Below are positions 21,745 through 35,423 of a DNA stretch of 64,000 nt, one piece after another (within the stretch, counting starts at the first letter, position 1; each line of letters opens with the position of its first letter). A program made the position numbers and the translations under genes. The notes under the pieces are model-generated. The model did not search any database, was not told the origin of the DNA, and saw nothing but the letters and a program-made list of their open reading frames with translations. The stretch comes from Leucoraja ocellata (Eukaryota), in assembly GCA_036785375.1 (NCBI GenBank), contig JAWMAR010000001.1:10230001-10294000 (forward strand). Direction: 5' to 3'.

Positions 21745-24700
21745 GTCCAATTAAGATATCTGCAAAACCCTGCAAAATGTGTTTCTTGAGAGCATCTTTG
21801 ATAACTCTAACAGACCTTTCCGCCGCCCTGTTGGAGGCTGGATGGTATGGGGGAGTGTGTGTTTTACACCATTCCCCTGCATGAACTCCTTGAACCGTTC
21901 TGAACGAAACTGAGGCCCGTTATCAGAAACAAGTAAACCATGGCATGCAAAAATTGATCTCAACTCATCAATGGTACACTCAGTAGTAGTGCTTGACCCC
22001 ATATGCTTAACCTCAATCCATTTGGAATGACTATCTACTAGTACCAGTAAGTGATCATCGGTGATAGGGTGCGAGATGCAACATCAATAGGCTTTTCCTG
22101 TCCGTCATTCATTACGTGGGAGATCACTGCACCTACACCATAGCTTGAAGCATCACAAGCAAGTTTCATCTCGCGTGTGGTATCGTAGTGAACAAGGAGT
22201 TTGTCACTTGTCAAGCTTTCCTTGCAGATGTCATATGCACGTTGCTGTTCCTTTCCCCACGTCCATTTCACATCTTTTTGTAGCAGATGATGTAGTGGCT
22301 TTAGCACTGTTGCTAAATCTGGAAGGAATCGTGCATAGAACTGCACCATCCCAAGGAATGATCGTAGCTCTGACAGATTGTTCCCGATGTTGGGGAAGTC
22401 CAGGACAAGGGGTCACAGTTTAAGGATAAAGGGGAAATCCTTTAGGACCGAGATGAGAAAAACATTTTTCACACAGAGAGTGGTGAATCTCTGGAACTCT
22501 CTGCCACAGAAGGTCGTTGAGGCCAGTTCATTGACTATATTTAAGAGGGAATTAGATGTGGCCCTTGTGGCCAAGGGGATCAGGGGGTATGGAGAGAAGG
22601 CAGGTACGGGATACTGAGTTGGATGATCAGCCATGATTATATTGAATGGCAGTGCAGGCTCGAAGGACCAAATGGCCTACTCCTGCACCTATTTTCTATG
22701 TTTCTGTGTTTCTATGTGACCTCTCGTAAACAAATCCTGTTTAGTGACGATTCTTGCTCCTCTAGGTTTTGTGTGCAGATCTTGTGAGGTTGGTAACCGA
22801 TATTGTTCGTCATCAACGGCTTGGTTGATTGTGACTTTGTGGTCACTGCATAGTCGAACAGTTTTGTCGACCTTGGGTACTGTCACTATTGGCGTTGTCC
22901 AGTTAATCTGGACTGTCTTCACGAGTACTCCATTCCGCTCTAACCTGTCAAGTTCTTCCTCCACTTGTTGCTTTAGTGCATATGGTACAGGTCTTGGTTG
23001 ATAATACACAGGTTTCATATCTTGCTTAAGTCGAACGTGTGCAGAGTACCCTGTTATTTCTGTGGAACTGTTAGCAAAAATTTCTGCATGTTTGCTTATG
23101 ACGTTTTCAAGAAGTGATTTGAACAAATCGACGCTGAAAATGTTCTTCCAGTCTAACTCTATTCTACTCGGCCAATCCTTTCCGAGGAGGGTTGGTTTAT
23201 TTCTGTAGCTGGCCACTACGATGGGCAGTGTTACTGACTGACCATTATGCTGAACTTTACAGTTCATTTGTCCGCATGTCGCCAAAATTTCGCCTGAGTA
23301 GGTTCTCAGCTTGACATTATTCTCAAACAATGATATCTGTGGGAATTTTGTTTCATACAGGTCTTTGTTCATGACCGAACAATCTGCTGCCATATCAAGA
23401 CACATATCGATTAACTGTTCATTAATCAATAGTTTAATTCGAAAGTCCTTGCCTTGGCTAGTTGTAGGCTTATCGATGTTGGTTGCATGAATGGTGTACA
23501 AGTTCATTTCCATCTGGGTTCATCTCCAAGTTGTGAACTCCTTTCTGGTGTTGTCACTTGTTTCCCGCAGGTTGTTGGTTTTCTGTTTTAAGCTTGGCCT
23601 GACTTGCTGAGGCGATATGGCATTTCTTCTGGCAGTTATAGCACTTGGCCATTTTGAATTAACAACATTGGGATGAGTGATTACCGTTGCAACGATAACA
23701 ACTGGCTGAACTCAGCTCCCCACTTTTGTGCCTCTTGGTTTGACCATTGGCACTGCCTTATGACTGTAAACGGCCACTGCAGTCTGTGGTGGACGAAACT
23801 CGCGAGTATTCTTTGATGCCATCTCCATTGTGGTAGCAATCTTGCATGCTTTCTCGAATGAAAGATCTGGAGTGTTCATGAGTTTGGGCCGAATTAGTTC
23901 ATCCAATATACCACAAACAAATCTGTCGCATAGTGCGTGTCTGAGAAAGGTTCCAAATTTACAGTACAAAGTTAAGTTTTTCAAGGCAACAAGGTACTCA
24001 TTGATTGTCTCATTCTGCTTCTGATTTCTAGTGCCGAATTTATAGCTTTCTGCAATTTCCAGAGGCTTTGGGTTGGTGCTCATCCAACTTCTTCATAATG
24101 TAATTGAATGGCACGTCTTTTGCCTTTATGGGCGCAAGGAGATTCACGAGTGTGCCGTACACTTCAGGACCGAACTGCGTGAGCAGAATCGTTTTGATGC
24201 ATTCGCAAATGGCCTTATTTGTTTCAGTCGCTACCTCTCCTCCACTATTAATCTCCATTATGTTGTTTGCCATGAAAAACAAGTTCGCTCTCTCCATATA
24301 GGAGCTGAACGGCTCTCTACTCTTGTTGAAAGTGCCAAGGTTTCCGATGTAGCCCGTGGATGCCGCCATCGTGTTGTTCTCTTTTTTTTTTAAAGTCTGT
24401 TAAAAAACCCTGATTACCTGTCTGTTCTGGTGTAGCAATTCACCTAAAACTTAGCTGTACAAAGGCTATACAGCTTGAGGAACTCGACAAAAAAAAACTC
24501 AGTCTAAAATCGTATACAATCCCAAGGACGGCATCTTGCCACGTAGACACAACATAGAGATAGCCTGACAAACTCTTGACGATTTGTAAAGCTGCTGTTT
24601 TAAACTACAGTCCCATACGTACAAGGATCTGCGGCCTATCGTTTCCAGTTCGCAAAAAACTGCAACACCTCTCCGTATTTACTGTTTAAAATGTTGAACA

Positions 24701-24878
24701 ATACTGCATGTTGCAAAATAGTCCTGCACTGTATTTAAAGGATGAGTTCACAAACTCTAACCCATCCTCATCGCCAATTTTGTTACATTCCGGTCGGCAG
24801 AATGAATAACACACTTACACACTGGTTGCCTGGATCATGAGAGAGTGATTTATTACCCTGCTTATATTGAACACCACA
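21745..24878 (-). mobile_element. Degraded Gypsy LTR retrotransposon (partial 5' LTR, gag, PR, RT, RH, INT)
   Basis: LTR end ...GTAACA + PBS TGGCGATGAGGATGGG (tRNA-Ser-like) at ~24761-24776; gag MAASTGYIGNLGTF..., a CCHC remnant, protease-like LDMAADCSV, RNase H LACDASSYGVGAVISH, integrase VSDNGPQF. Confidence 0.88.
22375..22726 (+). mobile_element. CR1 3' fragment with 11-nt Helitron-derived flank, replacing the Gypsy RT core
   Basis: Near-identical to 4615-4950, including the downstream GTGACCTCTCG; no TSD. Confidence 0.85.
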
Positions 24879-27800
24879 TGTTACTGGACTTGCTGAATGT
24901 CCCTATCCAGCTATCCAGCAAGCTAAACAATTGATCCAATAAAGACCAGTAGAGACGAGCTGTCGTTTGATGCTTTACTGTATTCAACTGTGAAACTGTA
25001 ACATATCAGCACAAAAAGAAACAACATAGGGTTTAGTTACGTTATACGTATAGGAACACAAACGAGGATGCCACCACCAAACACAGTTTGGTATGCGAAA
25101 AACCAGCCAGAGTACATGAAACATTCTTAAACCTTTGTTAATAATCACAATCCTGCTCAATAACATTCATAACATATAAATATGATGTCAATAAACATAA
25201 TTACTTACAGACATTCCGTCTAACAAACTCTGTGAGGAAGGGTGACAGCAGATTAAACACCAATGAATTACACTGTCTAAACACCATGAGGTTTACCCTT
25301 TCTGAGCTGCACTTGCTTGTTTATGACAACTTCCTGTCTAATAGGAAATGACACTTAAGGCTGCTATACCAGAACTACCAGCAGGTGGCACTAATGCATT
25401 TAAACAAAATACAGTCCAGTACACTCCCTGCCTGGGGTCTCCCAGACCCCACGCAAATCTCCCATTTAATCCCCAGAGTCCTCGAGAGACAGGAGGACCA
25501 CTTCAGTGATTGGGTGGATGTCGAGCTTCTGGCTTCCATCCTTGAAGATTCTTACTTCCACTCTCTGAACCTTCCCATCCTGACTCGGAAAAGTCTTTGA
25601 GATGATTGCCATGGGCCACTCATTTCTTCTGGCCTATTTGTCCTTCAGGAGGACAATGTCTCTTTCTTTAAGATTTTGCCTTGTGTCCAACCACTTTGCA
25701 TCGGCTTTGCAGAGTAACAAGATACTCCTGAGGCCACCTGCTCCAAAAGGTTTCCGCTAGGCTCTGAACACGCTTCCACTCTTCTTTGAGAAGAATTCCT
25801 TTCCCAAAGTCACCAGGAGAAGGAAGGGGAATGCCTATCTTCTGAGTCAAGAGTGTAGCTGGAGTCAGAATGAAAGGTGATTCTGAGTCCGAAGAAATAG
25901 GGATGTGGGGACTTGCATTAATCACGGCTGTGACCTCTGCCATAAATGTTGTTAAGACCTCATGTGTGAGGCGGGCTGCTCCATCTGGAGGAGCATGTAG
26001 TTGATGATACGACGGGCGACACCGATCATCCCCTCCCACGCACCAACCATGTGGGAGGAATGGGGCGGATTGAATACCCATGTACACTTCTGATCCTGGA
26101 AGTATTTCTCGACTCTTTTGGAAATGTGAGCTCTGGCTGGGTTGCCAGCTTTGCTTTCCCAAAGATGAAGCCCACCTCCGGTTTTCCATCTTCGGTGGTG
26201 ACCCTCAGATAGGTAACTGCGGCAATGGCCTTGACTGATGCGTCTGAGAACACACTAAGCTCCTTTTGTGGCATACTCAAATTTGAGAATGTGGTGTAGG
26301 GGCGTAGAATCTGTAGCTTCTCTTGATCCTGGAGCGAGTCCCTCTAATTGATCCTGGAGCGTGTCCCTCTACTTGATCCACTCTGCCTCCATATCTTGGG
26401 GGAGAGAAGAATCCCAATCATCAGCCTGCTTGGAGAGCTCCCTGAGTAACAGCCTGCCTTGTATGGTGACCGGAGCAAGGAAAGCTAGTAAGGTGTTGTT
26501 GAGATCAGGCCCTTTGAGCAGCAGGTAATTCAACGAAACACCCTCAAACGGTGCACTGTAGTCAAACACCACACAAATTTGTCTTGCTTTCTGGGATGGT
26601 AGACTCCGAATGAGAGAAGATACCAACACACAATGAGAGATGAGATCAACTCTTAGTGGTGGGGCTACCCCTGCATGCTGACTGCTGATCATTTTGTCCA
26701 TGAACTCCACATAGTGTGTCTTCATCTGTAGTCGTTTGTCCAAAGTCTGATGGAGAGAGGCAAGTCTGTTGTTAGCATACTCTAGATTATTGGGCAAATG
26801 CTGCCTGGGTGACTGAAACGGCAGAGGTGCGACCTAGCTATTTGAGTTATCTTGGTAACACTGGTCATCCATAATGTGGAGAAACCTCAGGTCATCAAAT
26901 AATGGTGCTAAATCGTTATCACTAGCAGTACGACGGAAGACTGACTGCCCCAGGTTCTGTCCACATGTAGTCTCCTGTAGACCGTCCATGGACATCAACT
27001 CTGGATCATCCTCACAAAGAGGTGAGTAGGTGAACTTCTCCTTCACTGTAACATGGCATGTGCATGGTGAGAGGTAAGTAGGTCGACTGCTTCCTAGAAT
27101 GCAGGTCTTGTAGGTGCTCACTTAGGTAGGTCTATGTGCTCCACCAAGACATTAATCACTGACAACTACCCATCCCAGATCCAGCTTCTGGGTGAATGGA
27201 GCATTGTTAGGACCATTAATTGTCTTCCTCACTTCATGCACCTGCAGAATATCTCTTCCCAATAGGAGCAGTATTTCGGCCTTTGGATCCAGCGGAGGAA
27301 TCTCATTGGCAATGCATCTGAGATGGCTGTGGTGACGCGCAGCATTAGGAGTGGGGATCTCGGCACGGTTGTTAGGTACTTGATTGCATTCTAGGAGCGG
27401 AGGAAGAGGGAGCAATGTCTTCTCATTCACAGACTCCACCATGTAACCGCAAGCTCTCCTACTTGCAATCTGCTTGAGCCCAGCACATGTCCGCAGTGTA
27501 AATCGCTGAAGATTTCCTTTGATCTCAAAGATATTGAAGAACTCAGATTTTGTGAGAGAGCGGTTGCTCTGTTCATCTAAGATGGCGTACATCCTGCGTG
27601 CCTCTTGACGACGTCCTTCTGGATAGACTGAGATGAGATATCTTAGCACATGCTCTCGCTCTGACCACTTCACTGCACACCTCTGTGCATCTGGAGGTGA
27701 TCTCCTGGTTTACCGCTACATCTTCCTCCCCGCCATGCTCAGATGCGGGAGGAGATGGCTTGGACTTCAAAGGGGCTGGGCCAGGATATAGAGCAGAGAG

Positions 27801-29949
27801 GTGTCTATCACTGTCGCACTCAGTACATTTCACTTCTGCTTTACAGTTCTTGGCGAAATGACTTGTGGAGGAACAGCAGCGGAAACAAATGGAATGTTCC
27901 TTAAGGAAGTGTTTGCGGCCTTCCAGGCTCTTCTCTGAAGGCTCTGCACTTCTTTAATGGATGAATCTTAGCATGAATGGGACACAGCTTGGCTGGGTCA
28001 CGGGATTTCTGTGTCTCAGAAGTTGTTGGAGATGCTTGTGTCCTGTGGACGGAGATGAGATTTTTACCATGTCTCTCTATTTTTCTCTTTTGACCATTGC
28101 TGGATGAGAGAAGCAGAGATTGAAGCTGGGGTCAGTTCTGTTTTTTGCCTCCAAGCAGATAAAGTCGGCAAATACTCTAAATGGGGGAAAAGGGACGTTA
28201 TGCTGGAGTTTATAATTAGCTCCAAAGGTGATCCACTTTTCCTGGATGTTATAAGGAAGCTTCTCAAAAATCGGTGCAACTCCCCTGGAGGTGTCATGGT
28301 AAGACAAACCAGATAGATACCCATCTAACTTTGCCGCTTTGATTTCTGACAGAAGGTCCCCGAGCTCGCATAGCTTGTATGGCTCTTTGATGGTGATCCT
28401 GGGAAAATTGTCAAGCTTGGTAAAGAGGGCATGCTCAATAGACTCGGGTGAACCATAGGTTTCTTCAAGCCTCTGCCAAACCATCATCAAACCTGCTGAT
28501 GGACATCTGATGTTGACAGCCTTAATTCTTGTTGCCTGCTCCGAGGATTCTTTTCCAAGCCATTTTATCAAAAGACTCTTCTCCGGGTGAAAGGCACAGG
28601 CCTGCTATGGCGCTTTGGAAGGAGGATTTCCAAGCCCGGTAATTCTCGGGCTTGTCATTAAAGGCTGTTAATCCCGTTGTAACAATATGGCTGCGGAGAA
28701 GGTATCTGGCGAGGTCTATGGTGGTGGGATTGATATCATTGTTGGCTCGAGGAGAGTCGATAAAGCCACTGTGCAGAAAGGTTGAAGTTGGCTTTCTATC
28801 CTCCAATTTAGGCTCCATGCTTCCTTGGACATTACTGGGATTGTGACTCCTATGAAATGTACTGGCCAGATTAGACTTGGTCTGATGGGCGAGCGGCAAT
28901 GAACCAAATAGTATGCTTTCAATCTCAATATCATGATTGGTGATATGTTGGCTTGACTTTATGCTGGATTGCTCTATGACGTAGTCCAGAGTATGCTCGT
29001 GTTGGTTTTGAGGGTGAACAGGGCTTGGTGATCTATTACGTGACCCTTGTTCTGCTAATAAACCTGCTTCGATGGTGTCGGCCTCTGCAATGGCTTCTTT
29101 CATCTCTTTCTCTTGCTGCAAGGCCTCTAAGGTCGCCTGAAGCCGAGCAGCATCGACCTTCATCTCTATCTCTCTCTGAGCGAATGCTGCTCTGGTTTCA
29201 GTTGCATTGGCTTTAGCCCGAGCCCTAAGGGTGGCCATGCTGAAACGGGAACTGGCTGAAGAGCGATAAGAACGAACGCCGAGAGACTTGACTTCATTCT
29301 GTGAAGCGTTGTCTTGGTTTCCTGTTGCCATGGAGTGGATGGACAATGTGATGATGTGAGCCACCTTGTAGCACAGCTTGTTGTGTTGCTGTCTTTTCAC
29401 TATACTGGACTCGCTGAATATCCTTATCCAGCTATCCAGCAAGCTAAACAATTGATCCAAGAAAGACGAGTAGAGACGAGCTGTTGTTTGATGCTTTACT
29501 GTATTCAACTGTGAAACTGTAACATATAAGCACAAAAAGAAACAACATAGGGTTTAGTTACGTTGTACGTTTAGTATAGGAACACAAACGAGGATGCCAC
29601 CACCAAACACAATGCTGGTATGCGAGAAACCAGCCAGGAAACATGAAACATTCTTAAACATTTGTTAATAATCACAATCCTGCTCAATAACATTCATAAC
29701 ATATAAATATGATGTCAATAAACATAATCACTTACAGACAATGCGTCTAACAAACTCTGTGAGGAAGGATGGCAGCAGAGTAAACACCGGTGAATTACAC
29801 TGTCTAAACACCATGAGGTTACCCTTTCTGAGCTGCACTTCCTTGTATATGACAACTTCCTGTCTAATAGGAAATAACACTTAAGGCTGCTATACCAGAA
29901 CTTCCAACAGATGGCACTAATGCATTTAAACAAAATACAGTCCAATACA
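24879..29949 (-). mobile_element. BEL/Pao LTR retrotransposon with both LTRs (3' LTR 24879-25423, 5' LTR 29401-29949), internally decayed
   Basis: ~545-bp direct repeats; PPT CCAGGCAGGGAG; gag FNDKPENYRAWKSSF, Cys/His knuckles, protease YAILDEQSNRSL, RT pieces VVFDYSA / LLKGPDLNNTLL, RNase H FSDASVKAIAAVTYLR, integrase C-terminus WKRVQSLAETFWSRW. Confidence 0.93.
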
Positions 29950-30439
29950 TTCTTCATTTTCCTAACAAACTGTCCTGAAGTCAATTTCACCCCCAATATT
30001 TTCAGGGCAAATGTTTGTTCCAATGCTCCCCATTCCCAATTACTTTTACATTGAAGTGATTGAAATCCAAGTGAAGTTTAAATGGCATCAGAAAAATAAA
30101 ACCTCCGGAATGGATGATATTCATTACGTGGTTAGTTGGAGTCAGTATCAGCACAATTACTATATTAACCTTTGAATCTTCAGATGTCCTTGTTCAAGCT
30201 CAAACTAAAGACAATAATAACCTCCTCACACATTCCCCTGCAAGTATCTCTGTCACTCCTTTAAAATATGCCCCTTCTTTAAACAAGCTCTTAAACATCG
30301 CATCTAAATTGGTTTCCATCTGATTACACTCCTTGAGGATGTTCATCTACGTGTTCAATTAATAAAACAATGAGATCGGGGGCATTTCTATTCAAACTGT
30401 CAAAGGAATTTTGAGGGGGGGTTAAAAATAGTCAGTGAG

Positions 30440-30737
30440 GTAAACAAACATAGTTAGTTTTAAAAGTATGTTTATTTAGCTTTTCTATGTGGGGGAGGGA
30501 GGTAGGGTAAGGGAGAAACCATTTCACAGCCATTTCCTGGTGAGGACGTGACTATTCTCTGAGTCGCGTCCTCGCCCCCCTCTCGTGGCCTACCATCTGG
30601 ATTGGAGCGGCCTTTCCTCCCGGGGACCCGGACCAGAGCTCCAGCAGCGGCGGCGCAGCGCTGGATTCACCGCAGAGCGGGTGATGCCTTACCTGGGATC
30701 GTCGTTGAAGCTCCGGAATGCTGGGCCTGCTGCAACA
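30440..30737 (+). mobile_element. Fragment of CpG-rich non-coding interspersed element
   Basis: cctcgcccccc..gtggcctaccatc..ggagcggc..gcggcggcgcagcgctgga closely parallels 59860-59990. Confidence 0.6.
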
Positions 30738-33340
30738 ACATCGTCACTTTTGCCACTCCATTTGGCAGATTCAAGTTTCTAAGAATGCCATTCGGCATAA
30801 ACTCGGCCAGTGAACTACTGTTCCAGGGCCTCCTGTGTGCCATCATCGTAGACAATATCTTGGTTTATGGCAAAGACACAGCAGAGCATGACAACAACCT
30901 AAAGCTTATCATGGACCGGGCACGTCAGATCAACCTGAAATTCAACCCTAACAAGTGCACGTTCAGGGTTCCAGAGGTCACCTATGTTGGACATGTGTTC
31001 ACTCCTGCTGGTGTCAGGCTGGATCTGAAGAAAACTGCTGCCATCACAGAGATGCCAGCCCCCACCGATGTGCTCGGCCTGCAGCGATCCCTGGGTATGG
31101 TGAACTATCTGGGAAAATTCATACCTGACCTCAGTGAACTGAGTTCACCTCTGAGACAACTGACTCGAAATGATACTGCCTGGTCCTGGTTCCAGCAACA
31201 TCAAAACTCGAAGCTGACCAGTGCCCCCACCTTGACATTTTTCGACCTGAAGCGCCCTGTGACAGTTACCTGCAATGCCTCACGATTCGGACATGGCGCA
31301 GCCTGCCTACAAACCTCTGCCGATGGAACTTTACGCCCTGTCTCCTTTGCCTCCCGCACCATGACCGACACTGAACAGCGCTATGCGCAAATCGAGAAGG
31401 AGCTGCTAGCTGTGGTAATTGCTTATTCCAAATTCAAGAACTTTATCTTTGGAAATGTTTTCACGGTTGAGACAGACCACCAACCCCTAGTGACCATCCT
31501 CATGAGACAAGCCTATACACGCAGCACCTGCACGTCTGCAGCGCATGATGATGCAACTACAGCGATTTGACTTTAAAATTGTTTACAAGAAGGGTAAAGA
31601 CATGCTCCTTGCTGACACTCTCTCTCGCGCCCCACGGGCATCCAACGAATGACACCCCTACGAACGGGACGAGTTTACGGTTCTCAGCATTGACTTTGTT
31701 CCCACAAAACAATTGCGCCGCTTAGTCGAACACACAGCCGCTGACACCACCCTCCAGCTTCTCTCATCCATAATCAAAAGAGGCTGGCCAGACAGGCAAT
31801 CCAGCACACCAGCTGTTCTTCTTAGTCTGTGAACTGGTAATACAGGACGGTGTCATAGTTAAGGGCAACAAAGTCGTGATCCCCTTATCTCTACGTGGCG
31901 AATACTACAAAGAGGCACACAGCGGCCACCCAGGCACCGATGCCACGCTGGCCCACGTGCAGAACATGTTTTACTGGCCCAGCATGGTCAAGTACATACG
32001 GGACAGGACAGCCTCTTTCCCCATTTGCAACAGCCTGGTACCGCACCAACAGAGACAACCCTTACTGCAACAGCCTCCACCAGCACTGCTCTGGACGTCA
32101 CTGGTGGCAGACATTTTCGAGTGGCACGGTAAACACTATCTAGTCCTAGTTGACTCCTATTCTAACTGGTTCAAACTCGATTTACTGCCTTCTATCACAT
32201 CAGAGATGGTCATTCAAAAGCTACAGAAACACTTCTCCACATTCGGCACACCCGTCCGTTTGCAGACCGACAACAGAAGACAGTTTACTAGTCATGCCTT
32301 CAAACACTTTGCCAGCCGATGGAATTTCCACCACGTCACGAGCAGCCCTGAATACCCACAAAATAACGGGCTCGCAGAATGAGCTGTCAGAAGCGGTAAA
32401 CAGCTAATGGAATGCATCCACCTAGCCAAGTCAGATGTGTATCTCGACCTCTTAAACCTCAGGAACATTGCTAGAGACGGGATCCTGGCCTCGCTGGCCC
32501 AGCGACACATGTCCAGGACAATGAGACCTCCGATTCCGATTGCCCAACAGAAGCTGGTGCCACAGGTGCTGAAGCCAGCTACGATCCAGAAGCACATCCA
32601 GGGGAAACATGACATACAGAAACGATCGCATGACAAGTCCTGCAAACCACTTAAACCACTATTACCGGGCCAATTCGTTCGTTTGCAAACTTCTGTGGGC
32701 ATTCCCGTTTGGGTTGCGCTGTTGGCCTGGCTGAAGAACCACAATCTTACCTTGTTGACATTGATGGCTCCCTGTACTGTCGGAGCTGCCAACATTTGCT
32801 GGCTGTGAAAGAACCATATCCGCCACCAGCTGATCCTTTTGCTCCACCTCTACTGTTCCAGCCGCCTGCTGCCGCATCCACCACCAGTTCCAGCATGTCC
32901 ATAACCCTACCACGACCGGTGGCTATGACTAACCACAAAACTATCTCTCCCACATGCTCCCCCTGTCGGTCACCACGGGTGTCCCCTGCTGCTTTCTCAC
33001 CTCCGGGTTCACCACCTCCTTTTAATCTTTCTGGCGAAGGGGGAGAGGGTTTGGTCCGTACGCGTTCGGGCCGTATTAGTAGACCGCCTGGCAGATACAG
33101 TATGTTTGAATTCCTGCGACATGTATGTTTAACCATATTCACTCTTTACGGGGAAGGATGTAGATTGGTATATGCATGAAAGCCAATCATAGTAAAATAG
33201 CATCACTAACCCCATCCTACTGTATGATTCATACTAACACCCACTTCTTACACTTGTCAGTCTTGGAACCGGTCACGATGTACTAACAACCAACGACCTG
33301 CTGTACTGTTATAATATGGGTACTGATTAAAGATGAACTT
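30738..33340 (+). mobile_element. Gypsy pol (RT-RH-INT) with PPT and partial 3' LTR
   Basis: TFATPFGRFKFLRMPFGI, IVDNILVYG, RYAQIEKELLA, TDHQPL, HSGHPG zinc finger, LVLVDSYS, TDN, SSPEYPQNNGLAE; GGGGAAGGA|TGTAG at 33159. Confidence 0.9.
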
Positions 33341-33349
33341 GAAATTTAT

Positions 33350-35198
33350 ATTTTGCTTATTTACAGTCTGACTGCACATTTACTGGCCTTCCATACATAT
33401 ACACGTGGAACCTCTCTAGACCAAACACCACTGCCAACAATTTTTTTTCTATTTGTGCATATCTGGTCTCCGCATCCGTCAGGGCCCTGCTGGCATAGGC
33501 AACTGGATGGCCCTCCTGCATCAGCGTCGCACCAAGTCCAGTTTCTGACGCGCTGGCCTGTACTGTCAGCTCTTTGGTTGGATCATAGTATCTGAGTACT
33601 GGCTCAACTGGAGTACATGCCAAAACCCATTCTTTGCATCAAATGTGCTAAAGACCTTGGCGTCATTCAGGTCTGTGAGAACATCTTCAATCGTCGTCAT
33701 TGGGTAATGACTTCTTTTCAGCCCTTGTTCAGATCCCTCGGGTCTAAACACACTCTCAACTTTCCATTGGGCTTTTCCACACACAAGGCTGGATACCGAT
33801 GGAATGTGGGTCTCTACTGGGGCAATTATTTCAGCTTCTGTTAGTCTGCCTAACTCCTCTTTCAGCTTACTCCGTAAGGCTGCAGGGACTCTTTGTGGTT
33901 GATGGATCATCAGCATTATGCTGTCATCTACCTGCAAATGGTACTTGCTCTCAAATTTACCCGACCCTTCAAACACATCAGCATACTCAGCCATCAGTCT
34001 TTCCTTTCTCAGAGGCATTTCACTGCCATTCAATGTCATTATGTTCACTTTACGCACTGAGAAGAGCCCCATCTGCTGGGCTGCCCTGCTTCCCAGGATT
34101 GGAATGCAGTCTTCCTCGAGGACTACAAACTCTACTTTGTATTTCCTTCCATTCTTTCGGTTCACTAGTCTCACATTGCCTTTCCCAAGAGGCACCACTG
34201 TCGTATTGTTGTACATCGACAATACTTGCTTGGTTTCATCCACATCCTTTGCATACATCTTGGGAATTATGTTACATGTGGCTCCACTGTCCATCTGTAA
34301 TTTTACTACCTTCCCTTTCAGCATCATGGTCACAAAGATTTTCTTTGGGAATTGAGTCTCCTCAACATTCCGCTTTTCCTTCTTCGGGTTGCAGTTCCAT
34401 TGTGTGAATTCCATCATCATCTTGACTGTCATCATACTCATCACTGGAACTCTCCACTTCCACCGCTGCATGCACAGGTTTTTTTCCTTTCTTTTCTTTC
34501 TTCTGTTGCACCTGCTTTTCCGTGCATTGTGATGCAAAATGATCTTTCTTATGGCATTTGAAACATTCCCGGCCATATGCTGGACATTTCTCCTTCTTCC
34601 TCTCATGTTTGTATCCACAGCATTTGCACTGTATGGTTAGCTGGTATCTCTTGTTTCACTGCACAGACATCTTGTCGTTGGTCATTTAACAGGACATCAA
34701 ATCTGGCCTTGGCAAGCACCGAAGCCTGGCATGCCTTCACACACTGAGGCAAGTGAGGTTTCTCGGAGTAGTATGTTTCTCCTGCAGCATGTCATCTCTT
34801 ATGCCGCATATTATTCTATCACGTATCAGTGAATCTTTCAACTCTCTGAAACCGCAATGAGCTGCCAAGAGCTTCAGTTCTATTAAAAACGAATCAAAAG
34901 TATCCCCTCTTTCTTGACTCCTTGTAAAGAATCTATACCTGTCGATGGTCTCGTTCCTCACGGGTTGACAATGCTGTTCAAAAGCATCGAGAGCCTGCTC
35001 TAGCATAACTTCTTGTACGTTGCCCTCTGGCATCCGTGTCTCTAGCGTTTGGTCTAGCTCTCTCCCTTGCGGTCCAACTAGATACATGAGCAGTTTCCTC
35101 ATTGTCTTGTCATCCTTCCCTGCCATGCTCAATTCACCATAGAGCTCAAACTCCTCCCTCCATTGTCTCCACTCCATTGGCGGTTTCAAAATGCCCAA
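33350..35198 (-). mobile_element. Gypsy gag-PR-RT-RH fragment
   Basis: gag EWRQWREEFELY...LIRDRIICGI, protease QMDSGATCNII, RT FSTFDAKNGFWH, RNase H ASASETGLGATLMQ...RYAQIEK. Confidence 0.88.
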
Positions 35199-35423
35199 TA
35201 ATTTTGGTACTGATATATTAGAACATCAGCCGCTTTAAGATTAGCATAACTATTTAATTCCTATTTCTTATTTTAGTTTAGTTTAGAGATACAGCGCAGA
35301 AACAGGACCTTTGGCCCACCGAGCCGACCAGCAATCCCCATTGCTGGCACTTGTGTGGCATGAATGTCAATTATCACTTCTCAGTCCATGCTCATCTAAC
35401 ACTTACTGGAAGTGTATGGAGGC

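Noticed and set aside
28522-29535. 337-aa ORF as a domesticated gag gene
   Set aside because: It starts inside the BEL LTR and frameshifts into the next gag piece; the rest of the element is decayed.
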